NCBI RefSeq assembly: GCF_009914755.1 | Contig: NC_060936.1 | Reading direction: 5' to 3' (one strand) | Source: the human T2T-CHM13v2.0 reference genome, Homo sapiens | Length of the DNA: 64,000 nucleotides | Shown here: one piece after another, positions 22,060 through 37,079 of the stretch | Layout of the letters: each line of letters opens with the position of its first letter | Numbering within the stretch: position 1 is the stretch's first letter | The notes under the pieces: model-generated | Told to the model about the DNA's origin: nothing | The model's database searches: none | The model's input: the letters and a program-made list of their open reading frames with translations, nothing else | Position numbers and translations under genes: made by a program

Positions 22060-23700
22060 CATTGTACATATATTCAACCAACACTTATTGAATACCCATG
22101 ATAGACCAGTGAACATGACAGATATGAACAGTCCTATGAGAATGAAGAGACAAGAATATGAGTTCTTCCTGGGGGAATATGGAAAGGCTTCTCTGTGGAG
22201 GAGATATTGAACTCTACTTACTTTTTAAAAAGGCTTCCCTGACTCTCTTCTACATGGCTTGCTGTGTTTGAAGAAAAATAATATCCAAAATCTTCTATGG
22301 CAGCACTGAAAATGGGTTTTACCCTTTAACTACCTGCTCTAAGTGTAGAAAAGTCTTAAAAAGTATTAATATGGAGAATGTGTTCAAGAGCAGTAGCTCC
22401 TCTCGCTGTAACTCCCTAATGATGTCAGTGTTTACCTGCCTCCTTCTGTTTTCATAATATATTATTAATTTGTCAAAGTGTATCACATTCTCTATTCCCC
22501 CACTCCTTACAGACTATGAACTCTTAGGGCAAAAAAAAAACATACTTTTTTTATGTTCTCCGTCTTGTGCATGTAGAAGTCCCCTTATAAAACTTTACTT
22601 GAACTAAAGTAAACTGCGTTTTTTGGAATGATCATGGAGTTTATCTTTTAGGCAAAGATACTGTGAAAACAACTTTCCAGGGAAGGAAACATTTGTAAAA
22701 GGTACAGTGTTGTAAAAGACTCTAATGAATCAATCTGGGGAAAAGCTTGACAAATATGCACATCTGGAGGGATAGACCCAGATGTGGAAAGCAGGAGCAT
22801 GCTGCTTGTGTAGTTAGTGATGAGTGTGGTGTTGAGTCCAAATTGGGAATGGCCACCAATGCCATAATAACTACTGAGTAAACACAGTGTTCTGACCACC
22901 ACAGGTATCCAAGGCCTATTTTAAGTGGGGCAGTGACAAAATCGGTCTATGTTTTTGTATACGTTTTAATGAGACGAAAGGACTTTGGGGAGAAAAGACT
23001 AAATAGAATATCTCAATCAGCGAAGCAAGAGAAGACAAGGGCAAGAGTCAAAGCAGTGGCAGCAGCCATCAGGATGGAGACAGGAAACAGATTCAAGACA
23101 CATTTCTGAGGTAAAACAGACACTGTGTGTGGCTATGTTGTGTACATAATTATTTAAGTAGGTTAATAATTTATACAAAGTAGAAGGTAGAAATGACAAA
23201 AAGTAAAGCTACATAAACAAATTAAAGGTGTCTTATTCCTATAGGAATTGTCTACTGACAAAAAGATCATATTTGGACTGATAAAAAGCTTAATTTCCAG
23301 GAACATTAAAAAAGGGATTTGAGGAGTTGATTACAATTAACAGTTGCAAATATCAGGGGAATGTCAAAGAGAACTTAAAATAGGTCTTTGGGTTTGGAAA
23401 ATGGGAAGTAATCAATGACCAGATGAAATTCCTTTCATGAGACTGTTGAGCCCAGAACCAAACTGTGATAGGTTCAGGAATGACCAGGGTAGAGGAAAGG
23501 AGGACTAACTGTTCTTTACAAGTTTTACCATAACATCAGGACAAATTCAAGGCAAAGTCTTAAGGGGGGTTACGATAGAAGGAAGGTCTGTTGTCATTGC
23601 TTGGTTTTTGCTCCTCTTTCAGCAGAAGATATTTGAGTATGTTCATGGTAGAAGGAAAGAAGTCATTGGAAAAGGAGAGTTTGAAGATACAAGAGAAAAC
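22060..23700 (-). mobile_element. Fragmented L2 LINE
   Basis: attcaaccaacacttattgaatacc (reverse L2 3' end), ggaaaggcttctctgtggagg and ggatggagacaggaaacagattcaagaca; interspersed with unique sequence. Confidence 0.5.
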
Positions 23701-23780
23701 ACACATATGTGAAAATACCTTAAACATAGCTAAAACAGAAACATGGCACAGGACTAAAAAACAGTTTCAATTTTATATAA

Positions 23781-24098
<318 letters not shown>

Positions 24099-24867
24099 TC
24101 AATGTTATATAATCTTAAAGTCAAAACAATTTTCATCTCAAACATAGCATGCTGCTTCCATTGATTCATTCCGGCAGACTAAGATTTCACCATACAATAT
24201 GGCTCTTACAGAATCATTTCAGTAGACAAATTTTGGTGGTTTATAGAGATCTTACTCCAGTTATTTCTATCTAAGCATAACTGAGCTCAATTAACTATTT
24301 TGTATTACCTTAAAAGAAGGAAAGAAAGTCCTTTACTGGGTATATCAAGAAAAGGAAAGCATGCCCTTCCTCAACTTCAACCTCTGAGTAGAAGCTTCTT
24401 GCAGATCTAAGCATACAAACTTTGGGGATAAGTGAAGCTTTAATTTGATGCAGAGTTAATATTGTCCCCATGCCCCACCTACACTGTTTTCACCTTTCCT
24501 ATGCTAGGGAGACCCAGGGAAGTAAGTTTGAGTCTCAGAGGGTCAACTTACTATGTAGTAAAGCCTATTTCACTAGCTCCATCTGTACATCATCATCGAA
24601 ACAAATCAGAAACCAATTAACAGGATCGAATTGGCTCCTCTGCAACAAATGTCATGAAAAGTGGGAGATTTATCTCTCTGGTTCCTTTACTTGTGCATAG
24701 AAATGTGGATGTTAACAATCATCAGCTAAGCTATTTGAGCTAACTTAAGAAAATGCACTTAATGAATAAAAGAATATTGATAAATGAGAATATTTTTCTG
24801 CCTAGTTTGTGTTGACCAGTGCAAGAAATATTTTGTGATCCATATTTAGGTACAAGATAGTCACTTT

Positions 24868-25127
<260 letters not shown>

Positions 25128-26216
25128 GTCACTTTTTATACTCTAAGCATAATATTAAAAAAATGCAAAGGTAAATTATTTCAAGGAAAATTAAATAACA
25201 GTATGTAGAAAGAAAACTTCCCACATTGTCTGACACCTGCATTGCCATTTCATCTCCATTCTTAGGTTGAGATAAAAACAGAACTTTAAAAATATATATA
25301 TATACTCTCAAATACATTTACTACAAAATGATATTTTATAAACATATAAATGCATTATTAATATATTTTATTTATATTCACCCTTTATAAAATTTATATC
25401 TTTTTAGTTTAGAGACACTAACTTTATAAATTGTAAATATTTATTAGGACAGCATTTGTGGGAAATAAAGAGTACAAATATTTCGATAAACTATTTTTTA
25501 GAATAAGATGTTAATTCATACACATAGGACATATACATGTAGAAGAAAAAATTGCACATTAAAAATACATTCTTTTAAAATTAATAGTCCATATTCTTAA
25601 TGGCAGACATATTTTTCACATTAAATCTTTTATTTATCTTGCTCAGTTTTTTATTTTTATTTTTCTCATTATTTTCATGTACCTATTACTTTTTTTGGTA
25701 TAGTAGAAAGTATATTTTGCAGGATTGGCGTTGAAGCATATCTTCACCATTTGCTATATGTGTAATTCTGGACAATTTACTTGGTCTATTTGTGTCCCAC
25801 ATTAAGGACAGAGATAATGGAACTCTTTATATAGTTACTCTTTGATTCTCAAAAATGACCTGATGTATGCAAAAGGCATTACATAATGCCAGCGTCTCTT
25901 GTAGCATTAAAGACGGCTTGGTAGCAATTAAAAAAAACCCTACATGACAGCCTTACTTATTTATTGAAGATAAATCTTATGTTTCATCTCTCCTTCTTAG
26001 ACATACCAGCTTCACGAATAAAGGGGTATCCTAAAAATATTGGGAATTTTGTTTTTCACAATCTTTAATGTAGGCAATTCAGGAGGAAACCCAACACGTT
26101 ATTTGTAATCTTAAATGGTTGTGTACAGCTTATACTTATTGATAATTATCCTATATCCCTATGCATATTATAAGTTTTCAACGAATTTGAGAATAATAAA
26201 CTATGCTTTCTACTAA

Positions 26217-26631
<415 letters not shown>

Positions 26632-28896
26632 TTAACTCTTCATAAAAGCGAGAGTGAGCTAATAGAATGCCAGATACAGAAAATCTGTTTATAGAAATCA
26701 CTCAGTATGCAAGTTCAAATGCAAGTGTTCATCAATATAGAGTCAATTTGATATATGTAATTATGCTGACATAGAATCAATATGTTATGGAGCTAGATGT
26801 GAAGTTTTACAAAGCTCTCTTTGTCTTTCTGATGCTGCCTGTGTTGCCTGCCATTGTAGCTGTTCATAGCTGTTACTAAACGGCTAACCATTTAATCAAA
26901 AGGGAGAAGAACTAAAGTCGCCTTGACAGTTTTGAGCACTGTGTGAAGACAAATGTGATATCTAATTTGATTCAATTAAGGTTTAAAAAGATGCTAATCT
27001 CTGGTAAGTAAATCTAATACAGGTTATTCAAACTGTTAGTTAAGGAAATTTAAAAAAAATACATTGAAAGGAAGGGAATATTTTATCTTCAATTATTTAA
27101 AAAAATTATACTTTAGAAATATGTCTCAGACCTTTCAGGGAGTCCTGTCATTAAATATTGTGTTACAGATGCTTAATCTTTCTATGTAACTGAAGTCTTA
27201 AAAACACATAACATTTGAGAAAGTCAAAGATATTAAATATTAGAATATTTCAAAGAAAAAATAGAAAAAAAGAAAAAGAAAAATCAAGTAAGTCCCATAT
27301 AAAAAAAAAGGTCACTTAGTATTAACTTTTCAGGAGCTCTTTTATGGACCTCAAAACATTCTACAGAACTTGCTGAGTGCCTGGGAATGACAGTCTTAAC
27401 TTGCATTTTTCTTTCTCTTGTCAGTTTAAATCAGACATTTAATGCTATTTCAGTAAAGGTTCTTGAACTAAAGATCTTAAAAGGCCTTCGATCTGACATG
27501 ATTTTAAGACATAAATCTGTCAAAATTGCCAAATAAATATAACTTGCCAACTATTATGGGATTTAGGCTCTCTTGATAAGACAGTTTTCACTGAAGTGGG
27601 CAAAATGGTGCCCATTCAAAGCAATAGGAATACATCCCTTATTATGGAAATGTCTATTTATGTCCAAAAAAAACCCAAATCTGATCTAAACTGAAGCAAA
27701 CTAAATTGAGAATTGCAGAACTCATTCCCAGGCTTCATAATTCTGCATGGATTGTTTATCTGTTGAGGCCTGATATTCTTTCACCATAAAAGAGCTACTG
27801 CCATTTCTTTGATTATTCAGTCTAAGTGTATAATGTCTGTATGACTTTCTAAGTTGTTCTGAAACAAATGTTATCATGCCGGAATAACAATAATATTGAT
27901 AATAATGTATAGCATTCAGTTCTTTTTAAAATAAACTTAATTCTCAAATAACTTATTGGTTGGCTAACTTCTGCTAAGAGGAACTTTTGATTGTTAAGTG
28001 GGAAATACAGCAAAAAGCCTTTCAAAGTAAAAGCAACTTTCAGTACCAGTTTATGAAGCCAGTTTTCTTTGTAATTTTGTATCTTCTCACTTCTTGAGAT
28101 AGGTAAGATTTCCAAAAAATTAAACCAAAGAAATAACTCAATGAAGAGGCATCAACATGTTTAATAAAAACTTCTTCTATACAGTTGCAATATTATACTA
28201 GAAGACAGTATTTTGGATATTTTGTTTGTTTTCTTGCTTAAAATATTCTGCACAATTTGAAAGACTGCACTTAAGTTTAGGAGGCTGTGAATTATTCATA
28301 TAAACTATGTGCAATTAAGATATCTGCTTCGTAGGGGAAGAATATAAAATAAAATACAGAGATAGATGATTTTTGAATGTGTTTGTTGAATAAGCCATGG
28401 AAGTGATTTAAAATTCTACAGATCACATAAATTTATGGGCTATCTGATTCTAGGTAGTAATTTTCATTCCTATATTGCCATGTCTCTCAATTTATAATTT
28501 TTAACTCAATGAATCCAAATAAAACTAGATATATATTTAACCTAATTAAAGTTGCTGCTTTGTACTGAAGTTCTCCCTAAATATGCTGGAAAAGTGACTT
28601 TTCCTTCTGTCAGTTCCACGTACAGTAGCACTTGATCATCACTTGATCATTCTCTTTTATGCCTTTGCCTATTGTCTGCCTATTGAAATTATAAACATTT
28701 TGAGAGGAAAAGTTGTGTCATAAAAAGAATAATAAATAAAAAGTAGATTTAGAGTTTAAAATGATGGTTGGTTTTAGGATTGTCTTAAGAGCATGTTAAG
28801 TAAAAAAAAGGAAAATATTCTATTACAGTACTAGTCAGAGGAAAAATAAGTAGGAGGTCTGCAAGCTAGGAAAGAAGATCTAAGACTACTCATAGA

Positions 28897-28917
28897 TTTT
28901 TTTTTTTTTTTTTTTTT
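28897..28917. repeat. Isolated T21 run
   Basis: Poly(T) with no adjacent Alu body. Confidence 0.95.
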
Positions 28918-29367
28918 GGCCATTTGGGTAAAGTTGCTGTTGAAATTCTGCAAAACTCACCAGTGGCCTATTTCCCAAGGAGAAAGTCTAGAGGAGTCCA
29001 TGGCCAGATTTGAGACCCATGCAGTGAAGAGGGTAGAAGAAAACGGTCAAAGTTTGTGTACTCCTCTTAGGATGCTCATTCTGATGTCCAAAACTGTGTA
29101 AAATTTCTGCTACCTGATCAATTCTACTTTCTTTGCCCTTTTAGAAATTTAACATCATATCAAGTTTCCTCAAAGCAAAAACTGCATTAACTTTGACAGT
29201 TTTAGCCTCACTTAGACATTTAGTCTTGATCTGTCACTGAAGTCTTGGCTTCTTGGCCCCCGCATGTAATTCAGTGGTTGGACATGATCTTAGAGACCAC
29301 TTTCAAGATTAAAAATATAAACCTGGCCTAAAAACTGAGCTTTGCTCAGCTCTCATTTATTTCATAC

Positions 29368-29860
29368 ATATTTATTATACATCTACTGTGTTCCAAACAT
29401 TATATGATACTGAGATGGCAAAGATGAATCTAACTTATTCCCTTGCCTCAAAAACACCTGAAGTGCTGGACAAGAGAGGCAAGTAAGTGAATGCTATAAC
29501 AGTGTAATAAGTGTTGTGTTAGAGAAACACAATGTGCCTATGAAAACACAGAAAGAGGCTTATCTAACTAAACGGGAGGAAGAGCTTACTTGAATCAAAC
29601 TTCAGATTATAGAAGTATGAAAGTTTTCCCGGAATAAAGAAAGTGGAAAAGGGACAGAAATATGAAACAGCAAGATGTGTTGCATTATCAGATGAAAGTT
29701 TCATGTGGAGAAGTAGAGGAATGTGAGTCTAGAAAAATTAGACAAAAATAATTTAAAAACCTCAATGTTAACCTGTAGACCGTGAACTTTATCCTTAAAA
29801 ACAATATTGGAAGTCTGTGCAAGAAAGTGATGGGGTCAAATCTATATTTCAGAATTCTAT
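29368..29860 (-). mobile_element. L2 LINE 3' fragment
   Basis: catacatatttattatacatctactgtgttccaaacattatatgatactgag...cccttgcctca... Confidence 0.55.
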
Positions 29861-30108
29861 TAAAATGTGAAATAGCTATACATCATCATTTTTAAAAAAC
29901 TTAATCTTGTTTTATCCATTTATCATAACTCAGATCCCACCAGGCCAATGTTGATGGTTACATTTTACTCCAATCAAGAGATGCCATGATTCCTTTTTGC
30001 ATTATCCCTTCAGAAAAAAAATACCCCTTAAGGAGCTGAATAATCTCCTTACTACTTTGGGGAAAAGTTGAATGTCTCCAAATATTAAATCCAATTCTCA
30101 GGAGAGAA

Positions 30109-30153
30109 ATATATATATACATATCTATATATATATATACACATATATATATA
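30109..30153. repeat. Interrupted (TA)n repeat
   Basis: atatatatatacatatctatatatatatatacacatatatatata. Confidence 0.9.
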
Positions 30154-30690
30154 TAAATAACATTGCTACAGCATGTTACCTTCTAATCTGATGATTGAAA
30201 ACGAATTAGTGGAAGCCCCTTGAGAAGATAATTACATAGTTATTCTTGAATCTGTGGGGGTTGCGTAGAAGGCAGATGACATGGTCATATTATTTTTTTC
30301 TAGAATCTTAGAACCTTGGACTTAAGTATTGAACCTTCTGACTTAATAGTTTATAAATAAATGCAATCATAGCTGTATTCCTCCTCTAAATAAAAGAAAC
30401 TATACATCATTACTCATGGTAGCTACTCAATAAGTGTATCTGGAAAGAAGGTGTAGGATCTTTTCAAGATATTGTTTTACAATGCCTCCTTTAGAATGGA
30501 CCTGAATAAATTCATAAATTCCTATCTCCACCTGCCTTAAGAAAGATAATACTTCTGTTTAATTTTGCAAATGACCTATTCTGAACTACAAAAACAATGG
30601 TAAAGTCTCCTAATGATCAAACTATTGGTCCAAAGATTTTTCAAATGGAAATGTTGTATACATATCTTGGCTTAATGCCTTATTAATGTT

Positions 30691-30694
<4 letters not shown>

Positions 30695-30734
<40 letters not shown>
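30695..30734. repeat. (AC)20 microsatellite
   Basis: Perfect CA run. Confidence 0.97.
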
Positions 30735-30737
<3 letters not shown>

Positions 30738-30903
30738 TACAAACAAACCGAAAAGAATACCAGAGTAATTTTATGAAAGCCACACAAATAGAAGGCCTGG
30801 TACTCATTTAAACATTTTGAGTTCTACTAACTTACAGCAGACTTAAGAATATCAAAATGTATAACTTATGCCAGAATTTGTTCTTGAACAGTGCCGGAAC
30901 ATC

Positions 30904-31224
30904 TTTATTTTATTTTATTATTTTATTTAATTAATTTATTTATTTATTTTCTGAGACTGAGTCTCGCTTTGTCGCCCATGCAGTAGCGCGATCTCGGCTC
31001 ACTGCAACTCCGCCTCGCGGGTTCACGCCATTCTCCTGCCTCAGCCTCCAGAGTAGCTGGGACTAGAGGCGCCCGCTACCACGCCCGGCTAATTTTTTTT
31101 ATTTTTAGTAGAGATAGGTTTTCACCATGTTAGCCAGGATGGTCTCGATCTCCTGACCTCGTGATCCGCCCGCCTCGGCCTCCCAAAGTGCTGGGATTAC
31201 AGGCGTGAGCCACCGCGCCTGGCC
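30904..31224 (-). mobile_element. AluY with a small deletion and a (TTTA)-type tail
   Basis: CpG-rich; gggttcacgccattctcc and ttagccaggatggtctcgatctcctgacctcgtgatccgcc are AluY diagnostics. gtcgccca|tgcagt lacks ggctggag. TSD-like gaacatctttat / gaacctctttat. Confidence 0.96.
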
Positions 31225-31639
31225 TCAGAACCTCTTTATATAGTCAGTTTTCAATCAACTTACATGTCTTTATAATAAATAGTACCATTATTATTAGGTA
31301 TTGTCAATAAGATGCTTTACTTATGATTCTCCTCTAGAATATTAGATTCTTGATACGTATTTATTTCAATAGCCCCAATACACACTACTGTATTTTCTGC
31401 AGGCAAGTTGTTGCCTTGCTAAATGTTACTTTCAGTATCTTGGTTTTCAGTTAAATATATCTATCTCTATCTATACAAATATTTTATAAGAATTATTAAT
31501 TGGGTGTTAATAAAGTTTGGGAACATCTTTTCTGGTTGAAAATATTTCTAAATGTAATCTAGTCAATGGAGAAAACAGTCAACTTACAAAAATTTTAGTT
31601 TCAGCAACTTTTAGTAGTAGATTATTTGTTGTTTGTTTT

Positions 31640-31848
31640 CTAAAAAATCTTATTGTGTGTATTTCCAGTTTAAAACATTATGTTATGGGATTCATACAGC
31701 TAATCAATGGTTACTACAGTAAAGCAGATTAACATATTCAACATCTCACATAGTTGCTTTTTGAGGGAACAAGAGCAACTAAAATCTATTTATTTAACAA
31801 TATTCCCTAATACAAGATAATTTCATTAAGTTTAGTCCTCATGTACAC
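31640..31848 (-). mobile_element. L1MA-type 3' end fragment
   Basis: aatggttactacagtaaagcagattaacatattcaacatctcacatagtt...ctaaaatcta...tagtcctcatg is the reverse L1MA 3' UTR pattern. Confidence 0.7.
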
Positions 31849-33164
31849 CATGAGGACTAGCATTGCCAGTGCTAGAGTTGTATGAGCATTTTCTGGGGGA
31901 AAAATCACTTTTGGCATTATTACTTAAATAAGAATACAACCACTTCTATCTGGAAAACCTCATTAAAATCCAGTCAATTTTATAAAATTTAATAAACTCC
32001 TATTTTTATGGTTCTGAATGACTCATACAATAATTACGTTCCACACATGGTCATTTCAGTAATATAACTTCACAGGCTGTCTGTGCAAATTTTGGTTTGT
32101 TTCCTAATGGGATATTTCACAGTTCCTCAAAACCATAATTGAGAAAAACAAGGTAAAGTATCTGATACAAATCATTTCTTGGCATTACTCATTTTTAATT
32201 ATTTATTTGGTCCAGGATAACTTGAAAGGGCAAAATTTTTCTCTCTTCTAAAGGACTCCAAGATATACCTTTATTTGTAGCTATAGATCTGTCCATTATC
32301 TTAAAATAAACTTGATGACCATAAGAATCTTAGAAAAGAGACCTAAGCAATGTAGGACCTATTCAGTGAGTAATGTCCTTTGTTAGAACACCTAAGTTAC
32401 GATAGCGTAAAACCTCCAATGTATGTTATACAGAGATACAGTTAAGGGGCAAATGAGTTCATTCTCACTTTGTCTAGTAACTCTGACAAGAAAGGAAGAG
32501 GAAGAGAAAGTTTAGAAGTAGAAACACATGGTATACAGGCATCCCAAAAGGAGAGTGGTATTGAAAAAAAACCCTAAATATTACATATTTAGTCATTCTG
32601 AGTTCTACCAGGAAATCCATAGTTATTATTGTCACATTTCCCTTTCTACCTCAGGACTCAAATTCTCGGGATATATTCTTTTGTCATTTGTTTTTGTGCT
32701 TTGTGTTATTACTCTTATACCTCCATTATCGTGTGAATATTTTTAATAAAATAAAATATATTCAGCTTTTCCTGGGTACCTTGTTTATAATATGAATTAG
32801 AAATATTGGTCAAAAGACACCATAACTATAAATAAGTGCAAAGAGAAGGTCCAAATGAAAACTGAAAAAAATGCTGTGTGTGTTTCTTCAAGGTGACAGA
32901 AGACCAGAGTGGTACTAGGAGACCAGCCCCGGTGGGACGGCACTGTGTTATGACTCAGGGTTTCAGGATACATCTTTATAAAGTAGTTTAACTTCCACCT
33001 TTCCTCAAACTCATGTGTTTCAACATTCAGTTTGATATTTTCATGTAAGTCCATCTTCTGTAATTATAATGACTGTCAAGGAAATGTAGTACAGGAGTAG
33101 AGAATAAAGAAAGAGTTGTTGAATAGAATAGCTCTTTCCTTCAGTATTATGTCTTCTCCATCAT

Positions 33165-33388
33165 AATAGTCAACATTTATAGGGAGGCCTTACTATACAA
33201 ATAGTACTGTTCTAAGCTGTGTACATGTATGAACTCATTTCATTTTTACAGAAACCCTATTTAGTGTCTACTACTCTTTTCTTCATCTTATCAATGAAGA
33301 GGAAGCACAGAGATCTTAACTTGCTTAAGGGCACATAGATAATAGGTGGTAGAACTGAGATTCCAATCAAGTTGGTCTGCTTCCAGAT
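33165..33388 (-). mobile_element. MIR SINE
   Basis: atgaagaggaagcacagagatcttaacttgcttaagggcacatag...gtagaactgagattc. Confidence 0.65.
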
Positions 33389-36300
33389 TAACAACGAGAG
33401 TGAATTTGAGAAGGAAAATAAATGACTTGAAGGTGTTGTGAATATACTTTTAATGTAATCTACATTCTTGCTCTATTAAAGTTTCAGTGTTTTGTCACTT
33501 AAGATGTTCTTTGAAGACATCAAATTAACTAACTTGGGGATAACTCAAGAATACTTTAATTACGGTAGGATAAATTCCTTCAGATTCTAGCTGTACCTGA
33601 CTTTAAGGTAAGGACAGAGAGAATTATTTAAAGTACATTTCTTTACTTCAGTCAAATAAATAAATATTAAAACACAAAAGCTTCATAGTTTATTATGAAA
33701 AGTTTAAAACAATTTAGGGGGTCAGAAGAAGTAGAATTGCTTGTTTTAACTTAGATTTTAGAAGATACTACCAAATGGGGTATGCATCTTAGAAGAAAAT
33801 TTTGTGGTGTTATTAATAAGAGAACATGAAAATATGGTAAACCCTATTTATGGTATGTTCTTCCTCCATTGAGGAGAATTGTTAAGCATGAAGAAAGAGG
33901 AACCTTTGATCTTTCATAAGAACACATCCCCAAATGCCCTAGAGTTCCCAGAAATTCTCCAGTGACCTTCCATAGGAGATGAAGTTTCCTCCACCACTGG
34001 ATATAGAGACTACATGTAAAATTTCAATTTCAACAGAAAAAAGTTCAGCTGTGAAAAACAATCTAAGATCTTAAGACATTAAGAATGTAATTTTTAATTG
34101 TAATTGGCACATTTTGTTGACTACATGAATGAGCAAATGGATAAATGGAGTCTGAATTCATTTGCTAGTATATTTGTGTATTTTAAATGTAAATACGTTT
34201 CATTGTGTGCATATATGCTTATGTACTGTTTGATCATCATAACTGCCCACAAGTTAAATCTTATCAGACATCATGAATATGAACAGTCTCTACAAAAGGC
34301 CAGAATTCTAAGGTAAAATAAAACAAAAACTCAGTTACTGGATACCAAAACCTTGGATATATCTAAGCAACCAAATTGCGAGCTGGAGTTTTTAGCTCTT
34401 AATTAGGGTTTCTCAATATAAAATAACCAAATAATCAAAAGCTACGATAATTTTCTGAGACATACACTTTGGCATTTTGGACATAGACAAAAAAGATAGC
34501 ATGTCTCTTTGGTACCAAAACATTATCTTCATGGATATTATCCTTTTGGGAGAACAATGTGATTCCCTGTTAATGTCTCTGAGTCCTTCCCACATTTCAT
34601 CAGAAGTGAGAATAAAAAGGAATACCTTCGATGTTGAATCTGGCAGTGACTGAGGGGGAAGAAGACTTGCTCTATGATTGTTCTGGTCTTTCAGTGAAGA
34701 CTTTCTTCCACCCAGTTTAATATTACAGAAAAATTTTATTTTTTTAACTTCAAAATATATTGTCTTTTTTCTTCCTGTTTTCTGGCTCAATCTCATGATC
34801 AGTGCTGTTGGCAATAAATCATTTTTCCATACTAAGAATTTCATTGGAAATATTTTTTAATCACAAATGTAGAAAAGTAATTAAAATAACTTGCTAAGAG
34901 AAATAGGTGCACTGCTCAAATAATCCTCTCTTTGTAGCATTTTTACAAGTTTGAGGATTAGAAACTGTTTTGTTTTAAATATGTGAAAGAGAATGTGTTT
35001 CCACATTCGTGCATAAGCCCCTCCAGAAGTGATAACTTAGAAAAAGTATAAAAAGAAGGAGAAAAAAAAAACCATCTCCAGGAAACTATTCAAGTCATCT
35101 CTTGGTATAAACCAACTAGCCATGCATAAAGGGAACATAGAGTTCAGTGCAACACCAGAGATTTAATTTACAAAAGAAACAACAAAGCATTATTGAATGT
35201 GCAAAAAATAATGTCTCTGTAGCGAAAAGGCTGAAGTGGGCTAGAATTGTACCAAATGACAAGTAGCAGACCTATTTTCAAGATGTTATTGTCCTTCAGG
35301 GATTAACTCAAAGGACAGTTCTGCACTGAATCTGGCCCCTTTAGCATACAGAATCTTTCTCTATTTTTTAGCAGTGTGCCAGTCACTTAGCACACATTTT
35401 CTTTCCACGTCATTCTCTCTCTCCCCCTCCGCCCACCACACATTCACATGTGCATGTGCCGTGATGGGATATGCCTATACTAGATTTAATTGTTAGATAG
35501 TCATTCGAGTTTTTATATGACCACTCTATGACAGCATAGCCCTCAGTACATAATGCAGTGCTCAACATGTATCAGAATTCCCATATATTTATTGACAGAG
35601 ATTGATGGAAACTAATTATGGCTTCTTAATCTTCTCATCACAGATTCCTTCTGGAAATAGTAATATATGCTAGCCGAGGATAAAATTTACAATTTTCAGA
35701 ATGCATTACTATTTCCTGTAATTTATGTACTATAGCCTTCCTGTAGCTATACACTAACTATATCCTCAGTATTCATCTAACTTATTAGAGATGTTTCTTT
35801 AGCAATTTTTTTCCCAATAACCTTTCAACTTCTTGGAACATTATTCAAACTGAACCAAATCCCATTCTAAATAAAAGTTTATATATCAGGGCTCTGGCAC
35901 ATCAAAAAATTGTAATACTCAGTTAATTTTGTCACATTGAATTCCTAGCAATTTGGATTTTGTATATATCAATATGTTCGTAGTAGTATAAAGTGGAGGC
36001 ACAATTTAACACTGCCATTCTTTTTTTTTTCTGAACTGCTACTATTTAAACATTCATTTTTTTTTTTTTTTTGCCTTTGAAGCCCTTGTGGCTGAAGACT
36101 AGCTGTATAAACACAATAAAGTATAATAAAAGATCTGAGGCTCACTTGACCAACTTCAAAATACTTTTGTTCTACGGATTTACAGCTCTTAGCATAATAA
36201 TTTGGTTGCTGGGTATAGTTTGCTAAATATTTTATCAGCAAACAGCCTGATTCACTTCTTGTAATAAATTTTCTCAGCTACCCTGGAAAATGTTAGCAAT

Positions 36301-37079
36301 AAAAATGTCCATTCCAGATAATAGAGTCATACTTATGTAATAATTTGAAAATAGAAGAAAAATATACTAACTTTTTGTACCTCAGAAAAAAAGTCATAAA
36401 TGCTTCAAAGGAAACACACAGAAATTAAAAAGCGTGATGAACATCTGCTACGTTTAGAAAACAAGCATCACCCATATTAGTAGACATTTTGTGGTACAAC
36501 TGATTGTTACCTAGACACCTAAACTGTACCAAATCTACAAGAGCCTTTCTTCTGGTTTCAACTCATACCAAGAGTCTTCAAAATGATTATCTTATAGAAC
36601 TAAAAGATGATTCCAGTTTCCTACTTGTATGCATACAATCTCTTGAGAAACAATTTCTGTCTAAGCTTGAACAAGTTGCCTTTCTGCTAAGTTTACTCAA
36701 GATGTGCAAAAGAGGCACAATAGTACGTATTTCTTACTATTATCTCACAGGGATGTTGGGAATATCAATTAAAGCACTGTTTGCTGACAACTTTGAGAAG
36801 TGCTATAGAAACACAAAGTACTCCAATTTTGAGGAATAACAAATTAACTTAGGAAGTTTTAAATCCTGGAAATTAAAGATGTATAAGAAGGGATTGGAGT
36901 TATCTATAAAATTCATGAAGTAATAATAATAACAATAAAGGTAATAATAATTTTACTTAAAATTATAGAATGACAGTGTCAAGTGAGATTTCTGCACCTG
37001 ACATTTGCTGTTAATCAAATGCATATATGAATTGGTGTTGATAAAATTCAAAGATGTTTGTTATTCTGGTTGTCAGAAG

